Of a stretch of 57,542 bases of DNA, positions 30,664-40,357 are shown piece after piece; positions within the stretch are counted from its first letter, which is position 1; each line of letters opens with the position of its first letter. The translations under genes and the position numbers were made by a program. The DNA is taken from the NCBI GenBank assembly GCA_021414205.1, contig JAIOOW010000002.1, positions 155,520-213,061 on the forward strand, given 5' to 3'. A model generated the notes under the pieces. It made no database searches. It had not been told where the DNA came from and saw nothing but the letters and a program-made list of their open reading frames with translations. This DNA comes from Candidatus Anderseniibacteriota bacterium. GTDB lineage: Bacteria; Patescibacteriota; Andersenbacteria; UBA10190.

Positions 30664-31278
30664 TTATTTCTTTCCACCAACCTGGGCGTATAGTTTTTTC
30701 AACTCCTTCGTTCGCCTTGCCCAATCAACTTGGTTTAAATCATCTTCCTCCATCACTACAATGCTTTTCACCGGATACTTATGCGTATCTGCCAAAATCT
30801 TTTTATCCGCATTATTGTTTACAATAATCCGTTGCGCACGCCTGCATAACTGCACAAATGCCATTCGAGCTCCGAGCATGAACGTCTGCGAGAAAATTCC
30901 AGATTCCCCTTTTCCGCGAGGAACATAATGAAACGTCGTAATAATCTTCCCAGGATACATAAACGGAATGAGCCCTTCCGGAGAATGAAATACGTCAAGA
31001 CGCGCCGCCGTCAAATACGACGCAATGAGCGCATGAGAGTACACAACAGGCAAATACTGGCGATATTGAATGAACGGAAAATGCTTAATTTCTACATTTT
31101 CTCGCTCAAATTTCTTCGTCGTTTTCTGGCGACTGTCGAAGAACAGCACCCACGTATGTTCCTTTTTCGTGTCGGATTCGATTAAATGCGTAATAAGCTG
31201 CTCTGTATAGCGAGCAATGCGCTTATCGTAGCGCCTGTGACTCTTCACGATTATATGTGCATCAATACCGATTCGCAT
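30664..31278 (-). CDS. GT4 glycosyltransferase N-terminal domain protein lacking the C-terminal Rossmann domain
   Basis: MRIGIDA....IARYTEQL, LDVFHSP, ITTFH; ends in a GT4-like terminal helix DWARRTKELKKLY after only 204 aa. Confidence 0.7.
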   Translation of the reverse strand: MRIGIDAHIIVKSHRRYDKRIARYTEQLITHLIESDTKKEHTWVLFFDSRQKTTKKFERENVEIKHFPFIQYRQYLPVVYSHALIASYLTAARLDVFHSPEGLIPFMYPGKIITTFHYVPRGKGESGIFSQTFMLGARMAFVQLCRRAQRIIVNNNADKKILADTHKYPVKSIVVMEEDDLNQVDWARRTKELKKLYAQVGGKK

Positions 31279-31321
31279 GCTTGTAGCATACGGCAGATGC
31301 CCTTTTTAGGCAAAAACCTCA

Positions 31322-33019
31322 CTACATCACATCTGGCTTGGAAATTCCAAGCAAGTCGAGGGTTTTTGACAGCACAAATCGAGCAGAAAGGGCGATTTGG
31401 AGGCGAGATAAGCGAAGCGTTTCATCTTCTTCTGCCAAAATCGGCACGTCCCTATAAAAAACGTTTATAGCGCGTGCCAAGTCATATGCAAAAAATGCCA
31501 GCTGATGCACCGCATACGACTGCGCGACATCTTCGACAATTTCCGGGAATTTGTGCAGAGCCAGTGCCAACGCGCGCTCGGAATCGTTTGTAAGCGAAAC
31601 TTTTTCCGAAATTTCCGCATCGCCATCAATTGCAATTCCCATTTCTTTTGCCTTGCGCAAAATAGACTGCAAGCGGACATACGAATACTGCACGTAATAT
31701 ACCGGATTAGCCTCGCTCTTTTCTTTTGCAACCTCCAAATCGAGCACCATATGATGCTGCAGCGCATGCTGAACCATAAAGAAACGGGCGGCGTCGTATC
31801 CGATTTCTTCAATCAAATCTTTCGGACCATATACATTTCCTTTTCTCTTAGATAACTTCACCGGCTTTCCGCCCTGCGTGATCGCTAAAAATTGCGCAAC
31901 CATCATACGCAACTTCTCAACGTCATTTCCAAGCGCAGATAATGCTGCTTTTAATTTTGGAATATGCCCCTGATGATCCGCTCCCAAGAACGTAAATATC
32001 ATGTCGTACTTTCTGTCGAACTTATCCTGATGATATGCAATATCTGGCGTAATGTACGCGTACGAACCGTCCTTTTTAACGATGACGCGATCTTTATCAT
32101 CACCGAATTTCGTAGTCTGCAAAAATTCTGCACCCTCTTTTTTAAACGTTAATTCTTTTTTGCGAAGCTTAGTTAAAACGTTTTCAATTTCACCGCTGTC
32201 TCGTACAGCGCGCTCTGAACTAAATACGTCGAAGCTAATCTTTAAGTCATCACTAATTGTTTGCTTAATAGCCAGTAAACAGCGCTCCATTGCAAGCGTG
32301 CTAATACGAGCAAGCAATTCCTCGTTTTCTAAATCTGTTTTATCGAACTTCTTTTTTTCCGTTTCCGCAAATTCTTCAGCAATATCTTTTGCCATGTCGG
32401 AAATATATTCCCCTTGATACAAATCTTCGGGAAATTCTACTTTATGACCTTCTTGTTGAATTATTCTTCGCAATACCGATTCGCCCAATCTTCGGATTTG
32501 TTCGCCCGCATCGTTTATATAATATTCCCGAGTCACATTGTAGCCAGCACACGCAAATACATTCGCAAGCGTATCTGCGCTAAATGCAGTTCGCGCATTG
32601 CCGAGCGTGAGCGGGCCGGTAGGATTCGCCGAAATAAATTCCATATTAATAGCTTTCTCATTTCCGATATTGCACGCCTCGCAAATATCTTCATGAGAAA
32701 TATCGTCCATGCGAGATGCTAAGTATTCCGTACTAATGGTGATATTTAAAAAGCCGGGCTTTGCGGCCTCGATCATTTCCACATATTCCTTTTTTGGCAT
32801 GTGCCTAACTATTACTTCGACTATATCGAGCGGATTCTTCTTAGCTTGCTTGCCAATTGCAAGCGCAATTGGCGATGCATAATCCCCGTGTCCTGTGCCC
32901 TCGGCTTGCTTCACTGTAACAGGCATCTTCCCCGCATGCTCCTGCAAATCGCCAGCCGTAATAGCATTCTCAATTCCGGCAGAGATGTCGTCAATCAGCG
33001 CTTTTCGAATATTCATCAT
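31322..33019 (-). CDS. argS: Arginine--tRNA ligase
   Basis: HGDYAS, PGFLN, EFISANPTGPLTLGNAR, LGADHQGH, KLSKRKG, NPVYYVQYSYVR. Confidence 0.98.
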   Translation of the reverse strand: MMNIRKALIDDISAGIENAITAGDLQEHAGKMPVTVKQAEGTGHGDYASPIALAIGKQAKKNPLDIVEVIVRHMPKKEYVEMIEAAKPGFLNITISTEYLASRMDDISHEDICEACNIGNEKAINMEFISANPTGPLTLGNARTAFSADTLANVFACAGYNVTREYYINDAGEQIRRLGESVLRRIIQQEGHKVEFPEDLYQGEYISDMAKDIAEEFAETEKKKFDKTDLENEELLARISTLAMERCLLAIKQTISDDLKISFDVFSSERAVRDSGEIENVLTKLRKKELTFKKEGAEFLQTTKFGDDKDRVIVKKDGSYAYITPDIAYHQDKFDRKYDMIFTFLGADHQGHIPKLKAALSALGNDVEKLRMMVAQFLAITQGGKPVKLSKRKGNVYGPKDLIEEIGYDAARFFMVQHALQHHMVLDLEVAKEKSEANPVYYVQYSYVRLQSILRKAKEMGIAIDGDAEISEKVSLTNDSERALALALHKFPEIVEDVAQSYAVHQLAFFAYDLARAINVFYRDVPILAEEDETLRLSRLQIALSARFVLSKTLDLLGISKPDVM

Positions 33020-33031
33020 AGTGAACGTATA

Positions 33032-33562
33032 TTATTGCACTAGCCACGAATATACAAACGATACAAACGGATCAGCCGTTGCACCATATACAATAGCTCC
33101 GCCCAGTGCCCCGGTAACCATCATCAATATAAATCCCATTATTGCCAGCAGAGTCACAACGTAATAATCAAATAAAAATTTCGCAATACGCGTCACCGGA
33201 CTCACCGTACCCGCAAGTACATGCAATACCCTCGGCATAGCCCTATCCTCATCTAACTTTTTCACAATTAGTAAAAAATAGATAATGGTTATAATCCCGT
33301 ATAGCGCCGTGGCGTATGTAGCCCATGCGGAGTGAACATGGACAAGGTGGGCTACATCTCGATGCGTGTCTTCCAACTGATCTCCTAATTGCCGCGCCAC
33401 AAGCAAACTTGCACTGCCCACAATTACTAAAAAACTATTTAACAAGAATAAAGGATTACTACGCCACGTGATCTTTGGCGGCATGCATTGGAGCATCGCA
33501 TATAACGTCAAAAGCGCTATTGGAAAATGGACGGCAATCGGATGAAAATCTATCATATACAT
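33032..33562 (-). CDS. DUF2231-like membrane protein
   Basis: HPIAVHFPIALL N-terminal motif, a central His (VHVH) and a C-terminal TGALGGAIVYG. Confidence 0.8.
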   Translation of the reverse strand: MYMIDFHPIAVHFPIALLTLYAMLQCMPPKITWRSNPLFLLNSFLVIVGSASLLVARQLGDQLEDTHRDVAHLVHVHSAWATYATALYGIITIIYFLLIVKKLDEDRAMPRVLHVLAGTVSPVTRIAKFLFDYYVVTLLAIMGFILMMVTGALGGAIVYGATADPFVSFVYSWLVQ

Positions 33563-33590
33563 ATCATCATATCATGAGTATTATCTAAGT

Positions 33591-34424
33591 ATGATTACAC
33601 TTTTTCAAGCAATTATTTTAGGAGCACTACAAGGAGTTACAGAACTATTTCCAATATCCAGTCTCGGCCACAGCGTTATTCTTCCTGCCTTATTCGGATG
33701 GAACGATTTACAAAACGATCCGTTCTTCTTGAACTTTTTAGTAGGTACGCACTTGGCAACGGCGCTCGTACTCATCGGCTTTTACTGGACGACCTGGATC
33801 GCACTGGCAAAAGGATTTTTCGCATCCATTACTAATCGAGAATTAGTAAAAACAAATGCTGATTCAAAATTGGCCTGGCTCCTTATTGTTGGCACAATCC
33901 CTGCCGGATTACTTGGTCTTATTTTTGAGCATAAATTAAAAACACTGTTTGCCTTACCGAGCTATTCTGCATTGTTTTTACTATTAAACGGTATTGTTTT
34001 ATATATTGCGGAATTGATCCCGAAAAAGACCGGCTCAAATATTCAAAAAATTACATTCACACAAGCGCTCTATGTAGGTATCGCGCAGATCATTGCACTA
34101 TTCCCAGGATTTTCACGAACAGGGGCGACTATCGCAGGAGGCTTGTTTGCAGGACTCACTCATGCTGATTCCGTAAAATATTCATTCTTATTGGCAACGC
34201 CAATTATATTTGCGGCATCAGCACTAAAACTTCCCGGGCTACTACACGGAGCAGGGCAAGTGACTCTCATGCCAACCCTCCTCGGCGCACTATGTGCAGG
34301 TGGTGCGGCGTATTTTTCTATCAAATATTTAACCAAATTCTTTCAAACAAATACGCTCAAGCCGTTTGCAATCTACTGTATGATCGCAGGAGCGCTCGCA
34401 AGCATTATTCTACTTGTTCGGTAA
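33591..34424 (+). CDS. uppP: Undecaprenyl-diphosphatase (BacA)
   Basis: QGVTELFPISSLGH, HLATALVL, ALFPGFSRTGATI, SFLLATP. Confidence 0.96.
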   Translation: MITLFQAIILGALQGVTELFPISSLGHSVILPALFGWNDLQNDPFFLNFLVGTHLATALVLIGFYWTTWIALAKGFFASITNRELVKTNADSKLAWLLIVGTIPAGLLGLIFEHKLKTLFALPSYSALFLLLNGIVLYIAELIPKKTGSNIQKITFTQALYVGIAQIIALFPGFSRTGATIAGGLFAGLTHADSVKYSFLLATPIIFAASALKLPGLLHGAGQVTLMPTLLGALCAGGAAYFSIKYLTKFFQTNTLKPFAIYCMIAGALASIILLVR

Positions 34425-35882
34425 CCCAGAAAATGTATTGAGTATATTTTTAGTCGCACGCTGAATAATCGCGTTTTCTCCAAACCGAGAATGATACTTA
34501 TCAAGCGCGCTCGACCATTGTATAGTCCCCGCATTGAATACATATGCTCCGCTTGGGGCTTGATATATCGTAGCGTTGCACACCTCGGGAACTTTTTTCA
34601 TTGTCAGCACTGGGGACGTGGTTAGTATTTCTAAATTATTAGGCTTTGGAAATTCCGAAAATACTTTATCGCACTCATATCCAACCATGCCAGGGATTGC
34701 CTGGTTTTTCTGAACATTCGTTCCGGAAAAAATCCAATGGCTCGGATTCGTAATTACAAGAGGAAATGCCTTTGGCACCTGAGTTGCAAACATTGCACCG
34801 ATAAGAGTGCTTTCGGGACGATGCACAATCGAGGATCTCCACTCCGTAGTTGCAGCGCTTTCGTCTTCATCAAATTCTGGATCAAGCCTATATGAGTCCT
34901 TATATCCAATCAGTACATTATTCTCAATTCGAATTTGGCGATAGTCTGTATTTGCCGCAAAAATTCCAAGATTTACTCCGGATTTTACTGCAGCTTGATA
35001 AGCATCAAATTGAATCTTCGTCCAATACTCATCGTGCCCAACTATAAGAATTGTTTTGAATTGCTTTAAAATATTCGGATTTGCAACTATATCGCTTGAA
35101 GAAATATAACTCACCGAATACTCATTCTTTTCCAAAAATCGAATCATGGGGTACTCCCATTCAAAAATGTATCCAGCACCATCGTTCTGCAGCAATGGGC
35201 GTTGTAAAGAAATTTGAACTCCGCGGCTGATGCCGAGCTTTTCCGTAAACCCCCTATACAATGAGTTTCCTCCCCAGGCATTGTAGGCTTGATCAGTTAT
35301 ATCCGTATGAACAAGTGCAAGTGAATTTTTTACTGAAATGTCTTTTACCACAAACGGAATATAGCTCTGAAAATTTTCAGCATTTATAAGCTTGACAACA
35401 TACACGCCACTTTGCCAATCCGATGGAATTTGCACAGTAGCTGCAATAGGCCAATTCGGTTGCACTAACCCAGTATCCGGATTCGCAGATGGAATTTGCC
35501 GCATACTCGCACGAATACTTGAAATTGTTGCCATTTTTTTGCCACCAACGCCGTCATACCACCCAAGCCGAAAAATAATCGCTGAGTTATGTTCTGTTTT
35601 TGAGCTGATATGCAAATCAATAGATTGCCCAGCCGTAACGCTTGTTTGCGAGGCGTAGCCTTCAACTTCATGATTATTTGCATGTTGTGTGATGCGCCAC
35701 CCATCGTACCCAGCCTCCACAATATGCACCGGCCATACGTACGGCGCCCACACCTCATGAAGCAAGCCAATAAAAATAATAAGTACTGCAAATACACTTC
35801 CTTTTTTAATCCAAACGCTAATCATCCAAGCAAGCATACGATTTAGCCTACTTTTTGCAAGAAAATACCCCGCAGTGCGCAT
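34410..35882 (-). CDS. N,N-dimethylformamidase beta-subunit-like (DUF6605-type) exported protein
   Basis: IFRLGWYDGVGG, W.SGVY, QAYNAWGGNSLY, VGHDEYW, GYECD, VFNAGTIQW; N-terminal TM. Exact start uncertain. Confidence 0.75.
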   Translation of the reverse strand: MRTAGYFLAKSRLNRMLAWMISVWIKKGSVFAVLIIFIGLLHEVWAPYVWPVHIVEAGYDGWRITQHANNHEVEGYASQTSVTAGQSIDLHISSKTEHNSAIIFRLGWYDGVGGKKMATISSIRASMRQIPSANPDTGLVQPNWPIAATVQIPSDWQSGVYVVKLINAENFQSYIPFVVKDISVKNSLALVHTDITDQAYNAWGGNSLYRGFTEKLGISRGVQISLQRPLLQNDGAGYIFEWEYPMIRFLEKNEYSVSYISSSDIVANPNILKQFKTILIVGHDEYWTKIQFDAYQAAVKSGVNLGIFAANTDYRQIRIENNVLIGYKDSYRLDPEFDEDESAATTEWRSSIVHRPESTLIGAMFATQVPKAFPLVITNPSHWIFSGTNVQKNQAIPGMVGYECDKVFSEFPKPNNLEILTTSPVLTMKKVPEVCNATIYQAPSGAYVFNAGTIQWSSALDKYHSRFGENAIIQRATKNILNTFSGLPNK

Positions 35883-35893
35883 ACGGGGTATTA

Positions 35894-36370
35894 CTAATTA
35901 GACTCATCGCATATTGGTCGTAAGGAGTTATCGTAGACGATCGCATACTCCTTCCCGGAATGCGTCTCATATACAATCCTCATACCGATTCCAGCAAAGC
36001 TCCATTTCGAATCTACTGTCCTATCAACAAGCTCAATCCTCAGCAGCCTTTTGCGTTCATCCCAAAGCACCAGCTCTCCTTGAGAATCCCAAGTTACATG
36101 GCCTCGAAAATAGATTTTAAGAATATCCTTGCATCGAACACAAAGCGCAATGGTGTTGCACCCATCAAACGAAGTTGCGCCGAGCAATTCGTCAGGCTTA
36201 ATCGAACACCGAAGAAGCATTGAGAGAAATGTTTCTCCGTTTGGACCAATGAGAAATTCCTGAGTTACTGGGTCTTTCAAAATTACGTACCCAGAATTCA
36301 ACTCCGAAACCACGCACCGGCTAACTATCACCAGTCGACCAAACAACACGCTCAAGTCGCCAGATTTCAT
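35894..36370 (-). CDS. Hypothetical protein (ORFan)
   Basis: 158-aa ORF with an AGAAAGGA SD. Confidence 0.65.
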   Translation of the reverse strand: MKSGDLSVLFGRLVIVSRCVVSELNSGYVILKDPVTQEFLIGPNGETFLSMLLRCSIKPDELLGATSFDGCNTIALCVRCKDILKIYFRGHVTWDSQGELVLWDERKRLLRIELVDRTVDSKWSFAGIGMRIVYETHSGKEYAIVYDNSLRPICDESN

Positions 36371-36450
36371 ATAACACGTCCTTTCTTACGACGCTTATGG
36401 TAAATGTGCAGTTTTGTTATTATCTTCTTTTGTTTGTATGTTGCAACCCT

Positions 36451-37935
36451 TTATTCAATAATCACTTCCTTGTCGTGCATTTCTGCGCTCTTGGATACCT
36501 TAATCCACCACGCAGTAATAGCACCCAAAAGCATCACAAACCCTGCAACATAAAATACTGTTCGATATGCACTCACCTGCGCCTGTAATTCCATCAGCGC
36601 AATTGCTTCATGATATTGGAGCGCGTTTGTGATATTGAGCGTGCTATTGCGTGCGATAGAAAGTAAATTTGATTCAGTAACGTTATGAAGAACTGTTGCG
36701 AATAGTGCCACACCGAATGCTCCTGCGATATTTCGAGCTAGCGCCAAAATAGAAGACGCCACACCAATTTCGGTATCCGGAACAACGGCCGCGATAACTC
36801 CAGTACGCTGCGACATCCCAAACCCGATTCCGAATGCCATCACGGCCATCGGAATAATCAAATCCCATGCGCTCGAACGCACATCAATATCTAAAAACAT
36901 AAATAGTCCGATTGCAGATACAAACGTGCTCCCCATAATAACCATTCGAGCGCTCACTTTCCCGGTTAAGCTCCCACCCAAGGGAGCTGCAACCATGATC
37001 GCAATTGCCATTGGAATAAATAAGTATCCAGTCTGAGTGGCATCGTACCCTAAGAACGTTGAAGCAAATACCGGAATTAAGAAGAAGCTTCCCATCATTG
37101 CCATAAATACGATGAAGTTGTTTATGAGAACGTTCGTAAATACAGGCAATTTAAAAAACTTAAAATCGACAATTGGCTCAACATGAGTCGTTTCAATTCT
37201 GTAAAATATTGCAGAAAAAATAAGTATCGCAATATAGCATGCAACACTCTGCCACGACGTCCATCCCCAATCAATGCCTTTGTCTAATACTAATACCAAC
37301 GAGGCAAGCGCTCCTCCCAACGCAATTGCACCCCACCAATCAAACGAAACCGTTTTCTTCAATGACGTAGATTCCGTGACGAAAATCCATGCCATAAGCA
37401 ATCCAAATAATCCAACAGGCAAATTAATTAAAAATACTGACCGCCATCCGAATGCATCAATGAGCGGCCCCCCTATAAGCGGGCCGAACACTGCAGCAAC
37501 AGCAAACGATGCAGACCAAATACCCAATGCCTGCGCGCGCTCTTTTCCTTTATCAAACGTCACTGCAAGAATTGCCATAGCAGTCGGATAATCAGCTGAT
37601 CCAGCAACTGCTTGAATAATACGGAACACTATCATCGAAGATAAATTCCAAGAAAGCCCTGCTAATACCGACCCGATAATAAATATAATAAAGCCGAGCA
37701 AATATACTTTTTTACGGCCAATCGTATCCCCGAGCTTTCCCCAAATAGGAACGAATACGGCGTTCGCTAAAATATACGCAGTGGCAATCCAACCTGCGCT
37801 CGTTACGGTAATACTGAAATCATCGATAATTTTTGGTAATGCCAAGTTTACGATCGTCTGATCGAGACGCCCTAAAAACGTACCGATAATAACAGTAAAC
37901 AGTACCCACCATTTTAGCGACCCGCCGTTTGCCAT
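36451..37935 (-). CDS. DHA2/EmrB-type MFS efflux transporter
   Basis: LDQTIVNLALP, WIATAYILA, GKLGDTIGRKK (motif A), GPLIGG, WRSVFLINLPVG; about 14 TM. Confidence 0.95.
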   Translation of the reverse strand: MANGGSLKWWVLFTVIIGTFLGRLDQTIVNLALPKIIDDFSITVTSAGWIATAYILANAVFVPIWGKLGDTIGRKKVYLLGFIIFIIGSVLAGLSWNLSSMIVFRIIQAVAGSADYPTAMAILAVTFDKGKERAQALGIWSASFAVAAVFGPLIGGPLIDAFGWRSVFLINLPVGLFGLLMAWIFVTESTSLKKTVSFDWWGAIALGGALASLVLVLDKGIDWGWTSWQSVACYIAILIFSAIFYRIETTHVEPIVDFKFFKLPVFTNVLINNFIVFMAMMGSFFLIPVFASTFLGYDATQTGYLFIPMAIAIMVAAPLGGSLTGKVSARMVIMGSTFVSAIGLFMFLDIDVRSSAWDLIIPMAVMAFGIGFGMSQRTGVIAAVVPDTEIGVASSILALARNIAGAFGVALFATVLHNVTESNLLSIARNSTLNITNALQYHEAIALMELQAQVSAYRTVFYVAGFVMLLGAITAWWIKVSKSAEMHDKEVIIE

Positions 37936-37941
37936 AGCAGA

Positions 37942-38595
37942 TTATTTCTGCACCCAAACCTTTGCAGACATTCCGTTCTTGAGCTCCGGATACGCATTCA
38001 CGTCAAATCGAACCTTCACGTCGAAATCTTGCTGCGCTCGCTTATCGGAAATACTGAATACTACATCCCCGGATCGGGAAGTATTAGCAACCTCATCAAC
38101 AACTCCGGTAAATTTCTTAGATCCGAATGCGTCAACTGTAAAGATAGCCGTTTGCCCAACACGAACATCACTTAGTCCTTTATTTTCCTGCAGCTGCCCG
38201 TCTACGCGCAAATCTTGCGGGTGAATCAGTCTCGCAACAACCGTTCCGCGATTTACGAGCGCCCCAATCGTATCAAGCGTATACACAATCTGCCCGGATG
38301 TTTTCGTTTTTACCAATTCATTACCCACTCGCGCAACAATCGTATTTCCATTTACCACGTCTCCATTTTGAACATATACTTCCTCAAGAGTCCCCGATGT
38401 CTGCGGCGACAATTCAATAGCCGGAGCCGTGATAACAGATTTCTCAATATACACTCTGCTATTTTCAATTCGAATCCAAACAGCAACTCCTGCAATAAGC
38501 GCAATCACGGCTACGATTATTCCAATTCGAACGCTTGGCCTATTCCAAATTCCGATAACGTGATCAGTTCGATTTGTAACTTGTTCTTGTGACAT
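37942..38595 (-). CDS. EmrA/HlyD-family membrane fusion protein (short)
   Basis: TM anchor, biotinyl-like half motifs (VQNGDVV), VRVGQTA.FTVDAF, LKNGMSAKV. Confidence 0.88.
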   Translation of the reverse strand: MSQEQVTNRTDHVIGIWNRPSVRIGIIVAVIALIAGVAVWIRIENSRVYIEKSVITAPAIELSPQTSGTLEEVYVQNGDVVNGNTIVARVGNELVKTKTSGQIVYTLDTIGALVNRGTVVARLIHPQDLRVDGQLQENKGLSDVRVGQTAIFTVDAFGSKKFTGVVDEVANTSRSGDVVFSISDKRAQQDFDVKVRFDVNAYPELKNGMSAKVWVQK

Positions 38596-38600
38596 AGGAG

Positions 38601-39881
38601 TTATTTAGAGCTAAAAGATAGAACAGATTCGCCGGATGATACCCCGGATACAATTTCGTCATATCCGTTTGTTCCGCGAATGCCAACCTGAACTGGTTGC
38701 TGATGAGACGAATGCTCTCCATCTGGAATATTTACAAAGTATGCATCACCATTCGAGAATACTGCATCGCTTGGCACTGCAAGCACATTTTTCTTCTCCG
38801 CTACCGGAATTGCAATATTTGCAGTCATCCCGGAAATAATAGCAGCATCTTGCTTTACAAATTCAAGGGTAATTCCATACGATGCTACTCCCGAATCAAT
38901 CGTTGCGGCAGGATCAATAGATGTAACGGTCGCATCAAATACTTGAGAACCCAGAGCGTCGATCGTAATATTCGCATGCTGCCCTACTTGAATACTTGCA
39001 ATATCTTTTTCGGAAACACTCGCTGTAATTTTAAGAGCACTCGATAGCAATGTTGCGCTTGCCTTAGCCGGGGATGCATATTCTCCAACATGCACATCTA
39101 CAGAACTAAGCACTCCTGAAACAGGGGAACGCAAAATTGTTTTACTAAGCACCGCATTTTGATATCCAAGCTGAGCCTGATTTACAGATAAGTCTCCGGA
39201 AGCATTGATCGTGCTTGATTTAAGCGTTTGAGAAACCTGCGCTGAAGCTACTTGGGATTCCGCGCTCGATTCCGCTTGCTTTACGCTTGCCTGCAATGCA
39301 TGAAGGGTGGTAACTGCTTCATTATAGCTATTCTTTGCCGCAGCAAGCGCTTGTGCCGCTGTAATATATGTCACCGAAGTAGTATCAATATCTCCGTCGT
39401 TGCTCACATCCGTAAAAATATCCTGCATCTTATTCATATACGTGCGAGTATCCAGCACTTTTTGCGTGGCATTTGCAATACTTGCCGCATCTGCCTTCTT
39501 CAGCTGAGCTAACGCCGTTTGCGCATTTACAAGCCCCTGTTGCGCGGTCTCTTGATCGCCGATCACCACAGCGTTAGCACTTGCACGCTGCATCGCAATA
39601 TCTGAGGCATCAAGCGTTGCAAGTACTTGACCGGCCTTTACCGTATCCCCTTTTTGCACAAGGACTGTTTTTACAATTCCGCTTGTTCCGAACGCAAGTT
39701 CATGAGTATCAACAGCTTCCACTTGCCCTGTCGTAGATACTTCTTGCACAACATCGTGGTTGCCAATCGTAACAGCGTGCATGGCAGGAGCCGGCGTCAT
39801 GACGACGCGTACGCCAAACCAAGCAGCCACGACAAGAACCACAATCGCGATACTTCCTATAATGATGTTATTTTTGCTCAT
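38601..39881 (-). CDS. MacA-like efflux adaptor (MFP) subunit
   Basis: VQKGDTVKAGQVLATLD, coiled-coil hairpin, LRSPVSGV, VSEKDIASIQVGQ, GMTANI, LAVPSDAV. Confidence 0.9.
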   Translation of the reverse strand: MSKNNIIIGSIAIVVLVVAAWFGVRVVMTPAPAMHAVTIGNHDVVQEVSTTGQVEAVDTHELAFGTSGIVKTVLVQKGDTVKAGQVLATLDASDIAMQRASANAVVIGDQETAQQGLVNAQTALAQLKKADAASIANATQKVLDTRTYMNKMQDIFTDVSNDGDIDTTSVTYITAAQALAAAKNSYNEAVTTLHALQASVKQAESSAESQVASAQVSQTLKSSTINASGDLSVNQAQLGYQNAVLSKTILRSPVSGVLSSVDVHVGEYASPAKASATLLSSALKITASVSEKDIASIQVGQHANITIDALGSQVFDATVTSIDPAATIDSGVASYGITLEFVKQDAAIISGMTANIAIPVAEKKNVLAVPSDAVFSNGDAYFVNIPDGEHSSHQQPVQVGIRGTNGYDEIVSGVSSGESVLSFSSK

Positions 39882-40281
39882 ATAATTTTTCCAAAATAGT
39901 GATAAAGTTTTCTGTCTCTTTTTTATTTAAAACCTTCAATACGTCTTTTAAATGCTTCGACATTATTTGATACGACTTCTTTAATTCCGCCTGACCTTTT
40001 TTCGTAATCTTGAGCCGTACTATTCTGCGGTCACTTGTATCCGCAACCCTGTCCAAATACTCACCTTTCGAAAGATGGTCTATTAAGGCTGTTGCGGAAG
40101 GAGGTGCTACGCACAAGTACCCGGAGACATCTTTCATCAGGGGGTTTTTATGTTCATGGACGAATTTGAGAGTCTGCAATTGCCCGGGAGAAAGTGTAAT
40201 TCCCTCTGCGGACTTCATATACTCCTTCGTCTGCTTCGCGACGCCGAATATAAGTGTTATTAAATGGTCTAATTGTTCCAT
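39868..40281 (-). CDS. MarR-family transcriptional regulator
   Basis: LS..Q...L, SATALIDHL, GYL.R...DRRIV.L.IT.KG winged-HTH pattern; heads the efflux operon. Confidence 0.93.
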   Translation of the reverse strand: MEQLDHLITLIFGVAKQTKEYMKSAEGITLSPGQLQTLKFVHEHKNPLMKDVSGYLCVAPPSATALIDHLSKGEYLDRVADTSDRRIVRLKITKKGQAELKKSYQIMSKHLKDVLKVLNKKETENFITILEKLYEQK

Positions 40282-40291
40282 ATATCAAATA

Positions 40292-40306
40292 GTTAGATTA
40301 ACTAAC
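40292..40306. promoter_or_regulatory. Putative MarR operator (GTTAG-N5-CTAAC)
   Basis: Inverted repeat between the minus-strand -10 (TATTAT, 40307-40312; -35 TTGACA 40329-40334) and the marR start. Confidence 0.6.
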
Positions 40307-40357
40307 ATAATACACGACGTGATAAAATTGTCAATATCCAGTATTATGTAATGCAAT

